A DNA stretch of 43,859 bases from a bacterium (GCA_029946075.1 JAQSDT010000399.1:1-43859), one strand, 5' to 3'. Positions 9,221 through 18,649 are shown, counted from the stretch's first letter. Notes: generated by a model from the letters alone, not told the origin. Translations and numbers: made by a program.

Positions 9221-11200
9221 TCACAGCGCGGTCGAGGCTTCGATCCGGAACTGCGATAACGCGGTTGCCGGATCGGCCTTCAGCGCCTGCATGAGCTGCA
9301 TCGCCGGCACCTTGGCGCGCGGTGTGAGCTTGAGGATCAACGTCGTCCGCGGCGTCTCGACAAACCGTGCCAGTGCCTCGGCGGCCGTGGCTGCATCCGG
9401 ATTGCCGGCTGCCATCGTCGCGCCGTTGCTCCTGATATCGGTGACGATGGCCTGCCGCGCAGCATCGCGACTGACGTTCTGCGCGCGGGCATATTGCGCG
9501 ATAGCAAGATCGAGCCCCCCAAGGTCGCGCAGCGTGAGTTCGAGCGTTCCCGCCTCGACCTGCGCCGCCGCGTTGGCGGCCTGCGGCAGGTTGAACGAAA
9601 ATACCTGGCGCGGCACGTTGGCGAGCGACACGCGCGCCGATGCGCGAAACAGACCGCCGATATCGAGCTTCGCGAGATCCAGCACGAAACTGCGCGCCGC
9701 CTCGGTCCAGACGGCGCTGATATCGCCGTCGGCAGCGATCGTGTCGAGGCCGGCTGCGACGAGCGGCAGCATCGCTGGATTTTTGGCATCGACCGGCGTC
9801 GTGATCCTGGTGGTCAGCCTCGCCTTGCTCGGCACTGAGCCGACGAACTGGCCCCAATTGAGATCGAAGGTATCGAGGTTGACCAGCTTGTTCGTATTCT
9901 GGAACGGCGCGACCACGCCTTTGATCTCGACGCCCTCGATCAGCGGGATCAACGCGAGGAATTGATCGGGCGCCGGCGGTTGCGCCGGGTTGGCGAACGT
10001 CGTCGACAGGCGGATGAAGTTGGCGATATCGAGCGATCTGAGCGCAAAGCGGCCGACCTTGACCGGTCCTTTCGGCGTCGGGGTATCCAGTCCCTCGAAG
10101 GCGAACTCGCCGATCTTGCCGTTTTCCAGATTGAACTTGATCAAGGCGAGCTTGAACGCGTCCTTTGGCGGCACGTCGGCCGAAAGCCCGCGCAATTCGG
10201 CGTTGCCGATTTTGATGCCCTCGTAGAGCGTCGCCATCTTGCCGACCATCTCGCGGGTCTGTGCCGACGAGAGCTTGGTCGAGCCTGCCGACTGGATCAT
10301 CGCCATCAGTTCCGGCAACTGCAGCCGGGACGGCCGCGCGCCGACGCCGTCGATGGACATCTGTTCGATGCGCATGCGAATGCCGAGCGAGGACGTGACG
10401 GTGTAGGGCCCGGCGGAGGTCTTGCCGTAGATGCCGTAGTAATTGTCGTCGCCGGCCTTCTGCGGATCGAGGATCGCGGCGACGGCGGCGGCGTCGAAGT
10501 CGCGCGACACGATACTGGCGATCTCGCCCGTCTTCCTGTCGGGCTTGCCGGCCTGTTGCGTGTTCATCGCGAAGTTCGCCCGCTCGACCTGCATGGCACC
10601 GACCTTGCCGGACTTGATGTCTTGCAGCGACATGCCGGAGTAAGTGAATTCTCCTGCAAGCTGGGCGCCGAGATTGATCGTGCCGGTCATCGTCGGGACC
10701 GAGACCGATGTCGCCGTGACGGCGGCGAACTGCATGAGCGCGGAACGGTAGCTGTCGATGATCGCCGCCTGTGCCGGCGGACGCTGCAGGCTCGCAGGGC
10801 CGGAATAATCCTTTATGACCAGTCGCGGGATCCGGTACGAGAGGCTGGCGCCGGCTGCGTCGCCAGCACCGCGAATCTCCATGTCGGAAGCTTCGATGGC
10901 ATCGGCCGAGAAACGCCCTGCGTCGGGCTGCCCTGCACCGGTGACGACGACGTTTGCGATCTTCACGCTGAATGGAGGCTGGCCAGCCGATTCACTGGAG
11001 ATGTCGGCAATCCGGAGGGTGCGGCTCGCAAGATCGAACGAGACCTTGCCGTAGCTGGCCTTGCCGCCGCCGGCGCGGATCTGCTCGAAAGCGGCCGTGA
11101 CCTCGCTGGCGATCCGTCGCTCGGTATAGAACTGGAAGCCGAAGAAACCGCCCGCCGCCAGCACGACCGCCGCGGCCAGTCCGACCAGAATCCTTACCAT
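9221..11200 (-). CDS. Hypothetical 659-aa N-terminally membrane-anchored, beta-rich periplasmic protein
   Basis: Long ORF with a hydrophobic N-terminus (ILVGLAAAVVLAAGGFFGF), many alternating beta strands and a C-terminal helical hairpin. Confidence 0.8.
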   Translation of the reverse strand: MVRILVGLAAAVVLAAGGFFGFQFYTERRIASEVTAAFEQIRAGGGKASYGKVSFDLASRTLRIADISSESAGQPPFSVKIANVVVTGAGQPDAGRFSADAIEASDMEIRGAGDAAGASLSYRIPRLVIKDYSGPASLQRPPAQAAIIDSYRSALMQFAAVTATSVSVPTMTGTINLGAQLAGEFTYSGMSLQDIKSGKVGAMQVERANFAMNTQQAGKPDRKTGEIASIVSRDFDAAAVAAILDPQKAGDDNYYGIYGKTSAGPYTVTSSLGIRMRIEQMSIDGVGARPSRLQLPELMAMIQSAGSTKLSSAQTREMVGKMATLYEGIKIGNAELRGLSADVPPKDAFKLALIKFNLENGKIGEFAFEGLDTPTPKGPVKVGRFALRSLDIANFIRLSTTFANPAQPPAPDQFLALIPLIEGVEIKGVVAPFQNTNKLVNLDTFDLNWGQFVGSVPSKARLTTRITTPVDAKNPAMLPLVAAGLDTIAADGDISAVWTEAARSFVLDLAKLDIGGLFRASARVSLANVPRQVFSFNLPQAANAAAQVEAGTLELTLRDLGGLDLAIAQYARAQNVSRDAARQAIVTDIRSNGATMAAGNPDAATAAEALARFVETPRTTLILKLTPRAKVPAMQLMQALKADPATALSQFRIEASTAL

Positions 11201-11298
11201 GAGTTGTGCTCCAATCGCCGGGGTGGCTGGGGGCAGATTGTCATATTGTGGGTCAGGGGCGCGAAGGGCGGGATGATGGTACCGGGTCCGGGGCTTCC

Positions 11299-11392
11299 CG
11301 TCGATCTGGCCCTGTTGACGACGACATCAGCGGATGTTGCGTTCAAGTGGTTGCGCGTGCTTCACATCCGGCTCAATCTGGCGAGAAACTGA
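11299..11392 (+). pseudogene. Degenerate duplicate of the aspS 3' end
   Basis: Translates VDLALLTTTSADVAFKWLRVLHIRLNLARN* versus Asp[30 protein letters not shown]; CACATCCGGCTCAATCTG is identical at 9149-9166 and 11363-11380. Confidence 0.75.
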
Positions 11393-11448
11393 CCTTCGTC
11401 GAGTGAACCAACGAAATAAAAGTTCGGGCCGGAAACGCGGGAGTACGC

Positions 11449-13758
11449 ATGTCGTCCTATTCTGAAGATCTCCGCACCGCGGCGCTGGCGTATCATCGGC
11501 TGCCGCGGCCCGGTAAACTCGAAATCCAGGCCACCAAGCCGCTCGCCAACCAGCGCGATCTGGCACTGGCCTATTCGCCCGGCGTGGCCGCGGCCTGCAC
11601 CGAGATCGCCAACAACCCCGCTGAAGCCGCATCGCTGACGGCCCGGGCCAATCTGGTGGCGGTCGTCTCCAACGGCACCGCGGTGCTCGGCCTCGGCAAT
11701 ATCGGTCCGCTGGCGTCCAAGCCCGTGATGGAAGGCAAGGCGGTCCTGTTCAAGAAATTCGCCGGGATCGACGTGTTCGACATCGAGATCGCCGCCGACA
11801 CGATCGAGCGCGTCGTCGAGGTCGTGGCCGCGCTGGAGCCGACGTTCGGCGGCATCAACCTCGAAGACATCAAGGGACCGGAGTGCTTCGAGATCGAGGC
11901 GCAGCTCAAGGAGCGCATGAAGATCCCGGTGTTCCACGACGACCAGCATGGCACCGCCATCATCGTCGGTGCCGCCATCACCAACGCGCTGCTGCTGAAC
12001 GGCAAGAAGCTTTCCGACGTCAAGATCGTCTGCTCGGGCGCCGGCGCTGCCGCGATCGCCTGCCTCAATCTGCTGGTCTCGCTCGGTGCGCAGCGCAAGA
12101 ACATCTGGGTCTGCGATATTGATGGCGTCGTGCATGAGGGGCGCAACACGCTGATGGATCGCTGGAAGGCGGTCTACGCGCAAAAGACCGAGGCCCGCGT
12201 GCTGGGCGACGTTATCGGCGGCGCGGATATTTTCCTGGGGGTGTCGGCGCCGAACGTGCTGAAGCCCGAAATGGTCAAGTCGATGGCCGACCATCCGCTT
12301 GTGATGGCGCTGGCCAATCCCAATCCTGAAATCATGCCGGAGGAAGCGCGGAAGGCGCGGCCCGACGCCATGATCTGCACCGGCCGTTCCGATTTCCCGA
12401 ACCAGGTCAACAATGTCCTGTGTTTCCCGTTCATCTTCCGCGGCGCGCTCGATGTCGGCGCTACCGGCATCAACGAGGAAATGAAGCATGCGGCGGTCGA
12501 CGCCATCGCCCAGCTCGCGCGCGATCCGCCGTCGGATGCGGTGGCGCGCGGCTTCGAGACCGGCGAGACTCAGGGTTTTGGTCCGGGTTCGCTGATCCCG
12601 AGCCCGTTCGACCCGCGCCTGATCCTGCGCATCGCCCCCGCAGTGGCGAAGGCGGCGATGGATTCCGGCGTGGCGACGCGCCCGATCAAGAATTTCGATG
12701 AGTACACTGCGCTGCTGGAACGCTTTGCGTTCCGCTCCGGCCTCGTCATGAAGCCGGTATTCGCCAAGGCCAAGACCCAGCCGGTTCGCGTGATCTACGC
12801 CGAGGGTGAGGACGAGCGGGTGCTGCGGGCGACGCAGGTCGTGCTCGAGGAGCATCTGGCGCGTCCGATCCTGGTCGGGCGCCCTTCCGTGGTCGAGGCA
12901 CGGCTCGAACGCTTCGGCCTCTCGATCAAGGCCGGCAAGGATTTCGACCTCGTCAATCCCGAGGACGATCCGCGCTACCGCTCCTATGTACAGACCTATA
13001 TCGACGTCGCCGGCCGTCGTGGCGTCACGCCCGAGGCGGCGCGTACCGTGGTTCGCACCAACAACACCGTGATCGCCGCGCTCGCGGTGGTGCGCGGCGA
13101 GGCGGATGCGATGATCTGCGGCGTCGAGGGCCGCTACATGAGCCATCTGCGCCATGTCCGGGAGATCATTGGCTTCCTGCCGGGTGTCAGCGACTTTGCG
13201 GCGCTGGCGATGATGATCACCAGCAAAGGCTCCTATTTTATTGCCGATACCCAGGTGCGGCCGAATCCGAGCGCCGAGGAACTTGCGGAAGTGGCGTCGC
13301 TGGCGGCGATCCACGTCCAGCGCTTCAACATGAAGCCGCGCGTCGCGTTCGTGTCACATTCCGACTTCGGCAGTTATGATACGGACTCCTCGCGCAAGAT
13401 GCGCCGCGCCACCGCGATACTGAAGGAGAAGCATCCGGAGATCGAGGCCGACGGCGAGATGCAGGGCGATACTGCGCTGTCGGCAGCGGCACGCAAGCTG
13501 GTGCTGCCGCATTCGAACCTCGAAGGCGACGCCAACATCCTGATCATGCCGAGCCTCGATACCGCCAACGTCGCCTACCAGATGATCAAGACGCTGGCGG
13601 ATGCGCTGCCGGTGGGTCCGATCCTGATCGGCCCGGCGCGCCCGGCCCATATTCTAACGCCCGGCGTGACGGCGCGCGGCGTCCTCAACATGACGGCGGT
13701 GGCCGCCGTCGAAGCCCAGGAACGCGCCGGCCGCACGCAGCCGACGCTGTTCGGGTAG
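11449..13758 (+). CDS. maeB: NAD(P)-dependent malic enzyme with C-terminal PTA domain
   Basis: [49 protein letters not shown]; PTA-like C-terminus with DGEMQGD. Confidence 0.96.
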   Translation: MSSYSEDLRTAALAYHRLPRPGKLEIQATKPLANQRDLALAYSPGVAAACTEIANNPAEAASLTARANLVAVVSNGTAVLGLGNIGPLASKPVMEGKAVLFKKFAGIDVFDIEIAADTIERVVEVVAALEPTFGGINLEDIKGPECFEIEAQLKERMKIPVFHDDQHGTAIIVGAAITNALLLNGKKLSDVKIVCSGAGAAAIACLNLLVSLGAQRKNIWVCDIDGVVHEGRNTLMDRWKAVYAQKTEARVLGDVIGGADIFLGVSAPNVLKPEMVKSMADHPLVMALANPNPEIMPEEARKARPDAMICTGRSDFPNQVNNVLCFPFIFRGALDVGATGINEEMKHAAVDAIAQLARDPPSDAVARGFETGETQGFGPGSLIPSPFDPRLILRIAPAVAKAAMDSGVATRPIKNFDEYTALLERFAFRSGLVMKPVFAKAKTQPVRVIYAEGEDERVLRATQVVLEEHLARPILVGRPSVVEARLERFGLSIKAGKDFDLVNPEDDPRYRSYVQTYIDVAGRRGVTPEAARTVVRTNNTVIAALAVVRGEADAMICGVEGRYMSHLRHVREIIGFLPGVSDFAALAMMITSKGSYFIADTQVRPNPSAEELAEVASLAAIHVQRFNMKPRVAFVSHSDFGSYDTDSSRKMRRATAILKEKHPEIEADGEMQGDTALSAAARKLVLPHSNLEGDANILIMPSLDTANVAYQMIKTLADALPVGPILIGPARPAHILTPGVTARGVLNMTAVAAVEAQERAGRTQPTLFG

Positions 13759-13781
13759 GCGGGAACAGGACCAGCTTCTCG

Positions 13782-13810
13782 CCGGCGCGGGTTCCTGCGC
13801 CGGTGGTTTC
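13782..13810 (+). terminator. GC-rich hairpin after maeB
   Basis: CCGGCGC...GCGCCGG stem with a weak U tract. Confidence 0.35.
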
Positions 13811-13820
13811 GATTTGAGCG

Positions 13821-13850
13821 TTTGAAATGCAGGGGCGAAACGCCCATAAT
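13821..13850 (+). promoter_or_regulatory. RpoH (sigma32)-like promoter for the DoxX gene
   Basis: TTTGAA-N16-CCCATAAT, ~50 nt before the ATG. Confidence 0.5.
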
Positions 13851-13899
13851 CGTTTCGCCGCCTGCGATTTATTGCATTGCCACTGAGTGAGGCCGATCC

Positions 13900-14349
13900 A
13901 TGCCAGCGTTCGTTACCTTCGGGCGAGTCCTGTTCGCCGTGCTCTTCATGTACACGGGGGCGTCCAAGCTGTTCGCCATCCAGGCGACGGCCGACGCCAT
14001 TGCCGCCAAGGTAGCCATCCCCGCGCTGGTCGCGCCATATACGTCCCAGCTCGAGACCCTGGCCGGCATGCCGCTTCCGCAATTGCTGGCGATGGCGGTG
14101 GGCGGGTTTGAAATCCTCGCGGGCCTGATGATCGCGGTCAATTTCGGCGCGCGGTTCTTTGCGATCCTGCTGATTTTCTTCGTGGTGGCCGCCACCTTCT
14201 ATTTCCACGATTTCTGGAACCAGTCGTCGTCCGACGGCAAGGTTCTGATCGACGCCTTAAAGAACCTGTCGATCATCGGCGCGCTGTTCATGATCGCGGG
14301 CTACGGCCGCGGCCCGCGAAATTCCGAACCGGCTTACGGCGACGTTTAG
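13900..14349 (+). CDS. DoxX family membrane protein
   Basis: GRVLFAVLF..G..K, E..AGL, HDFW and KNLSIIGAL motifs; 4 hydrophobic segments. Confidence 0.9.
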   Translation: MPAFVTFGRVLFAVLFMYTGASKLFAIQATADAIAAKVAIPALVAPYTSQLETLAGMPLPQLLAMAVGGFEILAGLMIAVNFGARFFAILLIFFVVAATFYFHDFWNQSSSDGKVLIDALKNLSIIGALFMIAGYGRGPRNSEPAYGDV

Positions 14350-14361
14350 CTTCCATACAAT

Positions 14362-14916
14362 CTAGGTGTCGCGCCGCCATGGCGTGACGCTGACGCCCTC
14401 TGCCGCATCGAGGATTTGCGGCGTGCCGGCGCGCAAGCCGTGCGCGGCCAGGATGTTCTGCGGCGAGCGGGCAGGGACGCCGGGAAAGCCCGGCTCGCCG
14501 TTCGGTATCCGAACCTTCGAGGCGACCGACAGCCAGAACACGTCGCAGCGGTCCATGAACATCCCGAACACGCCGGGACCGCCGATTACCGCAACCGTAC
14601 CTGTCTCAATGCCGGCATGCTCGCAGGCGGCCTCGAAGGAGGCGCCTGCGGGATTCCACAGCGTGGCCTTCGGATTGGATGGGTCAGGCGCGATGGCGCC
14701 AATGTTTCGCGTCAGGATGATGCGCCTGCGGCGCGGAGAGTTCGGCTGGTCCTCATGGGAGTTGCGGCCATGCAGGATCAAATCGACGCGGTCGAGGGCG
14801 GCGGTGAAGAACGCCTTGTCGCCCTCGAACTTCAATTCATCCGGCATGACGTTGCGCGCGTCGGCCAGCATGCCGTCCGCGGAGACGATAACGTAGCCTT
14901 CGATACGTAGCGTCAC
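14362..14916 (-). CDS. Dihydrofolate reductase-like protein
   Basis: VSADGMLA, D-KAFF, GRNS, IILTR and VIGGPGVF follow the DHFR fold pattern; divergent. Confidence 0.75.
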   Translation of the reverse strand: MTLRIEGYVIVSADGMLADARNVMPDELKFEGDKAFFTAALDRVDLILHGRNSHEDQPNSPRRRRIILTRNIGAIAPDPSNPKATLWNPAGASFEAACEHAGIETGTVAVIGGPGVFGMFMDRCDVFWLSVASKVRIPNGEPGFPGVPARSPQNILAAHGLRAGTPQILDAAEGVSVTPWRRDT

Positions 14917-14934
14917 TTGCGTGTTGTGCCGAAA

Positions 14935-15900
14935 TTATTCCGAGATCGTCTGCACGACGCTGTTGACCGGACGCGAGCTGACGGTCGGCAGCTTCAGATC
15001 CTTGACGATATCCTCGTCGTACTGCGCGATCGTCTGGATCGGCGCCTTGGCGCGCATCGCCACCACCTTGTAACCGCCGGCCTTCAGCTTCTTCAGCAGT
15101 TCGGGCAGGGCTTCGGCGGTGTGCTTCTGGAAGTCGTGCATCAGGATGATGCCCTTGCCGTTCTTGTCGACCTTGCGCATCACGTTGTCGATGATCGTCT
15201 GCGCCTTGCTGGCCTTGAAGTCGAACGAGTCGAGGTCGCAGGAGAAGATCGCGATGTTGCGGGTGCCGAGATAGGTCACCATTTCCGGTGGATGCTGCAG
15301 CGCCGGGAAACGGAAGAACGGCGCCGGCGCCTTGCCGCCCAGCGCCCATTTCACCGCGCTGAAGCCTTTCTCGATTTCATCCTTGCGCTGCTGCTCGGTC
15401 AGCTTCTTGTTGACGAGGGCGGCGTGCGACCAGGTGTGCGATCCGACCGAATGGCCCGCCGCCATCACCTGCCTGAGGATTTCCGGATAATAGGTGGCGT
15501 GCTTGCCGATCGGAAAGAAAATGCCGGTGGTGCATTCTTCCGCCAGCGTCTTCAGCACCGAGGGCGTGTTCACCGGCCACGGGCCGTCGTCGAAGGTCAG
15601 CACCACTTCCTTGTCGCGCAGGAAGTCGAGATCCTTGAAATGCTCGAAGCCGAAGCCGGGGCCGCCGGTGGTATCGATCTCGACGGTGCGGCCGACACCG
15701 AGCGCGTTGGGATTGTTGCAGGGCGGGCGGGTGGGCGCGGGTGCCGCCGCAGGCGTCGGGGCTGGTGCCGCAGCAGCGGCGGCCGGTGCTGCTGCCGGGG
15801 GAGTGGCCGGGCTTTTGGCGGGCGGCGACTGCGACCACACGGCGCTCGAAGCCAACAGCGAAACCGCGCCTGCAAAGATCATCCCTGCCGCAACACGCAT
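14935..15900 (-). CDS. Periplasmic polysaccharide deacetylase (CE4/NodB domain)
   Basis: Signal peptide, Ala/Pro linker, TFDDGP, HTWSH, FRFP and LMHD motifs. Confidence 0.93.
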   Translation of the reverse strand: MRVAAGMIFAGAVSLLASSAVWSQSPPAKSPATPPAAAPAAAAAAPAPTPAAAPAPTRPPCNNPNALGVGRTVEIDTTGGPGFGFEHFKDLDFLRDKEVVLTFDDGPWPVNTPSVLKTLAEECTTGIFFPIGKHATYYPEILRQVMAAGHSVGSHTWSHAALVNKKLTEQQRKDEIEKGFSAVKWALGGKAPAPFFRFPALQHPPEMVTYLGTRNIAIFSCDLDSFDFKASKAQTIIDNVMRKVDKNGKGIILMHDFQKHTAEALPELLKKLKAGGYKVVAMRAKAPIQTIAQYDEDIVKDLKLPTVSSRPVNSVVQTISE

Positions 15901-16047
15901 TTTGTTTTTCCCTAGTGTTCGAATCCCATGTCCAGCCTCGGTCAGAGGCCGGCCCGCTCCCTTGCGCATCGTACCCTAGTTGGAGCGGTCGCGCCAAGGC
16001 AACGCCGGAGCTCACCCAAGGCCGATTTGCCGCCGGATCGGGTAAAT

Positions 16048-16623
16048 TCACGAAGCGGCCAAGGCCCTTGCGACCGCGGTCTTCACCCGCGTATCCGCGG
16101 GCTCGACGGCTTCCGGAAAGACTTCGGCGATGTAGCCGTCGCGGCCGATCAGGTATTTGTGGAAGTTCCAGCGCGGAACATCCTTGGGCCGCGCCTCGGC
16201 GGCCCATTTGTAGAACGGGTGCGCGTTCGGACCCTTGACGACGGCTTTTGCCGCGATCGGAAATTTGACGCCGTAATGCTGGTGCGCGGTCGCCGCGATT
16301 TCGCTCGCGCCGCCCGGCTCCTGTCCGCCGAAATCGTTGGAGGGTACGCCGACGATCATCAGCCCGCGGCCGCCGAATTCGGACCACAATTCCTGCAGGC
16401 CCGCATATTGCGGCGTGAAGCCACACAGCGAGGCCGTGTTGACGATCAACATCGGGCGGCCGGTAAACTCGGCGAGCCTGATGTCGCTGCCCGATAATGC
16501 CGGAAACGAAAAGGCGTATGCAGTGATACGGCTCACGTCGGCTTGCCCCAGTGCCTGCCGGCTCGCCGCAACGGCCGCCATGGCGGCAAGCGCCGTGCCC
16601 ATCAGGCTTCTGCGGTCGATCAT
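16048..16623 (-). CDS. Glutathione peroxidase family protein, Tat-exported
   Basis: DRRSLM twin-arginine signal, NTASLCGFTPQY, PSNDFGGQEPG and WNFHKYLI motifs. Confidence 0.92.
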   Translation of the reverse strand: MIDRRSLMGTALAAMAAVAASRQALGQADVSRITAYAFSFPALSGSDIRLAEFTGRPMLIVNTASLCGFTPQYAGLQELWSEFGGRGLMIVGVPSNDFGGQEPGGASEIAATAHQHYGVKFPIAAKAVVKGPNAHPFYKWAAEARPKDVPRWNFHKYLIGRDGYIAEVFPEAVEPADTRVKTAVARALAAS

Positions 16624-16701
16624 GCAAGTCTCCGGCAGCGGTGCGATGGCGCCAAACCTAGCGCATCGCGTCGCCGGTTGCCGCTCAACAAGCCGTTATG
16701 G

Positions 16702-16805
16702 CCAGAGCGTTTCGAACGAAGTGGATACCGGTTCGCGTGAAGAAAACGCGTCAAACAAGAATCTGGAGCCCGGATCTGATTCAATCGGAACCGAAAAGGC
16801 GCTAG
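16702..16805. repeat. RIME/CIR-like composite intergenic repeat
   Basis: CCAGAGCGTTTCGAACGAAGTGGATACCGGTTCGCGTGAAGAAAACGCG... followed by the hairpin CGGATCTGATTCAATCGGAACCG, ending in CTAG; matches the common Bradyrhizobium repeat as I recall it. Confidence 0.8.
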
Positions 16806-18649
16806 GGGGCGCGAAGCGGAACGATGAAGTCGGTGCCTTCGCCGGTTTCGCCACCCTGGGTGATGCCGTGGTCGGACACCACGATCGAGCCGCCGGTGGT
16901 CAGCGCCTCGGCGATACGCGCCATGGCTTCCGGGGGAACGGTGATGCGGTCCAGCGCCTCGGCCGCGCTGTTCGGCGCCGGCAGCGGCCTGGCCTCGGCG
17001 GGTGCGCCGCCCGCGACCTTGCGGCGGCGGGATGCGCGATCGTCGTCGTCGCTGCGGACCGCATTGCGCGCGACCGCCGGCAGCGAGACCGCCGACCAGC
17101 GCAGCAGATTGGGATCGGTCTTGTCGGCCTCGGCGGTGAAGACATGCGTGCCCAGCGGCCGGTCGCTCGGCGCGATCGTCACGGGCACATCGAACTGCGG
17201 CTTGAAGTTCTCGCGAACGTAGAGCTTGCCGTCCTTGCGGCTGACGAAGACCGCGATCTGGCCGGGACGTTTGGTCTCCTTCGTGGCTGCGGCCTTTTCG
17301 GCGCCGGGCAGACGCGCAGTGTCTTTCTTCACTTCGGGCGCAGCGGCGGGCGTTTCGACCGCCTTGACCGGCTCGGCGGGCTTGTCGTCGGCCTTGGAGT
17401 CAGCAGCCTTGGTATCAGCAGCCTTGGTTTCCTCCACCTTCGGCGCTTCGTCCTTGGCCGGCTCGGCCTTCGCGGGCTCGACCTTGGCCGTTTCAGTTGA
17501 CGGCGCCTCGACCTTCACGTCGTCGGATTTCGCTTCGACCTTCGCTTCGGCGGGCTTGTCTTCAGTCGTCACGCTGGCGGTAGTGGAGACTTCCGCCTTG
17601 CTGTCCGTCTCGGCAGCCTTGACCTCGTCCGCGCCGGCAGCGGCCGGCTTCTCGGTCGCGGTAACGGCGGCGGTCTCGCTCTCGGGCTTTACGGCTTCGG
17701 ATTTCGGCGCATCCTGTCTCGCGTCGGTGCTGGCAGGCTGCAGCCCGGTCGGCCCGGCGTCCGTCATCGTCACGGTGGCATTCTGTGCCGGCATGGCGTT
17801 GCTGGCATCCGCCGTGTGCGTCTGGCCGCGCAGGTTCGTTGCGTGACCGACGGTGGATCGCAGATCGAGGTTCGTTTCGGAACGTGCGGACTTGTCGCTC
17901 GCGGGCCTGGCGGTGGCGCCGGCATCCGCGCCCTTGTCGCTCTTCACCGCGGGTACGTCGTTCTTGCCGTCATCGGCGATGATGGGCTGCGGCACGGCCT
18001 TTTGCGCGACCAGCAGCGGATGCGAGAACGAGGCGGGTGTGATCTCGCCGGGCGTAACGACGACGCGTGCGCCCATCTTGGTCCAGTTCCACATTTTCTG
18101 GGCGAACGCCATCGGCATTCGGATACAGCCATGGGAAGCCGGATATCCCGGCAGCACGCCGGCGTGCATCGCGACACCCGACCAGGTGATGCGCTGCATG
18201 AACGGCATCGGAGCGCCGCTGTAGATGTTCGAATGGTGCAGCTTGTGCTTCTGGATGATGCTGAACACGCCCATCGGGGTCGCGTGCCCCTTCATGCCCG
18301 TCGATACCGGGCTTTCCGCGAACAGGCCATTGCTGTCGTGGACGCGGACCTTCTGCTGCTCGATCGAGACATTGATGATGAGGGGACCCTGCGGCTTGGC
18401 GCCGGTGTCCTTGACGACTTCTTCCCTGGCGGGGCGCTTGCTTGCTCGCGGATTTCGCGGCGGTGCGGTCGGCGCCGCGGGGCGGTAGTAGCTGGGGTCG
18501 GAATCCTGCCAGAAGAATTGGGCTGCGGCGTCGGCTTCGGCTGAGGCGATCAGCGTGACCGCGGTCGTCAGCATCGCAATGCGCCAAAGCCGGGATCTGG
18601 TAATCGTTACGCCCGCAATACTCGCACCCGAATTCCGCTGCCCGCTCAC
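16802..18649 (-). CDS. L,D-transpeptidase (YkuD family) with a long low-complexity linker and a degenerate second YkuD-like domain
   Basis: Signal peptide, SPVSTG..TPMGVF and HAG..PGYPASHGCIRM motifs; A/E/K/P/T-rich linker. Confidence 0.9.
   Translation of the reverse strand: MSGQRNSGASIAGVTITRSRLWRIAMLTTAVTLIASAEADAAAQFFWQDSDPSYYRPAAPTAPPRNPRASKRPAREEVVKDTGAKPQGPLIINVSIEQQKVRVHDSNGLFAESPVSTGMKGHATPMGVFSIIQKHKLHHSNIYSGAPMPFMQRITWSGVAMHAGVLPGYPASHGCIRMPMAFAQKMWNWTKMGARVVVTPGEITPASFSHPLLVAQKAVPQPIIADDGKNDVPAVKSDKGADAGATARPASDKSARSETNLDLRSTVGHATNLRGQTHTADASNAMPAQNATVTMTDAGPTGLQPASTDARQDAPKSEAVKPESETAAVTATEKPAAAGADEVKAAETDSKAEVSTTASVTTEDKPAEAKVEAKSDDVKVEAPSTETAKVEPAKAEPAKDEAPKVEETKAADTKAADSKADDKPAEPVKAVETPAAAPEVKKDTARLPGAEKAAATKETKRPGQIAVFVSRKDGKLYVRENFKPQFDVPVTIAPSDRPLGTHVFTAEADKTDPNLLRWSAVSLPAVARNAVRSDDDDRASRRRKVAGGAPAEARPLPAPNSAAEALDRITVPPEAMARIAEALTTGGSIVVSDHGITQGGETGEGTDFIVPLRAP

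Noticed and set aside
11362-13314. 650-aa antisense ORF, and similar ones at 198-1436, 3460-4614, 5463-6761, 9962-11392, 25233-26468, 35727-36869, 36943-38250, 38471-40273 and 41102-42373
   Set aside because: Shadow ORFs opposite well-identified genes, expected from high-GC codon bias; no motifs.
14935-15900. Deacetylase as symbiotic nodB
   Set aside because: It has a signal peptide and linker and no nodA/nodC or nod box nearby; a generic CE4 enzyme.
17280-17760. Repetitive GCCTT/CGGC-rich DNA as a non-coding repeat array
   Set aside because: Explained by the Ala/Glu/Lys/Pro linker codons of the L,D-transpeptidase.
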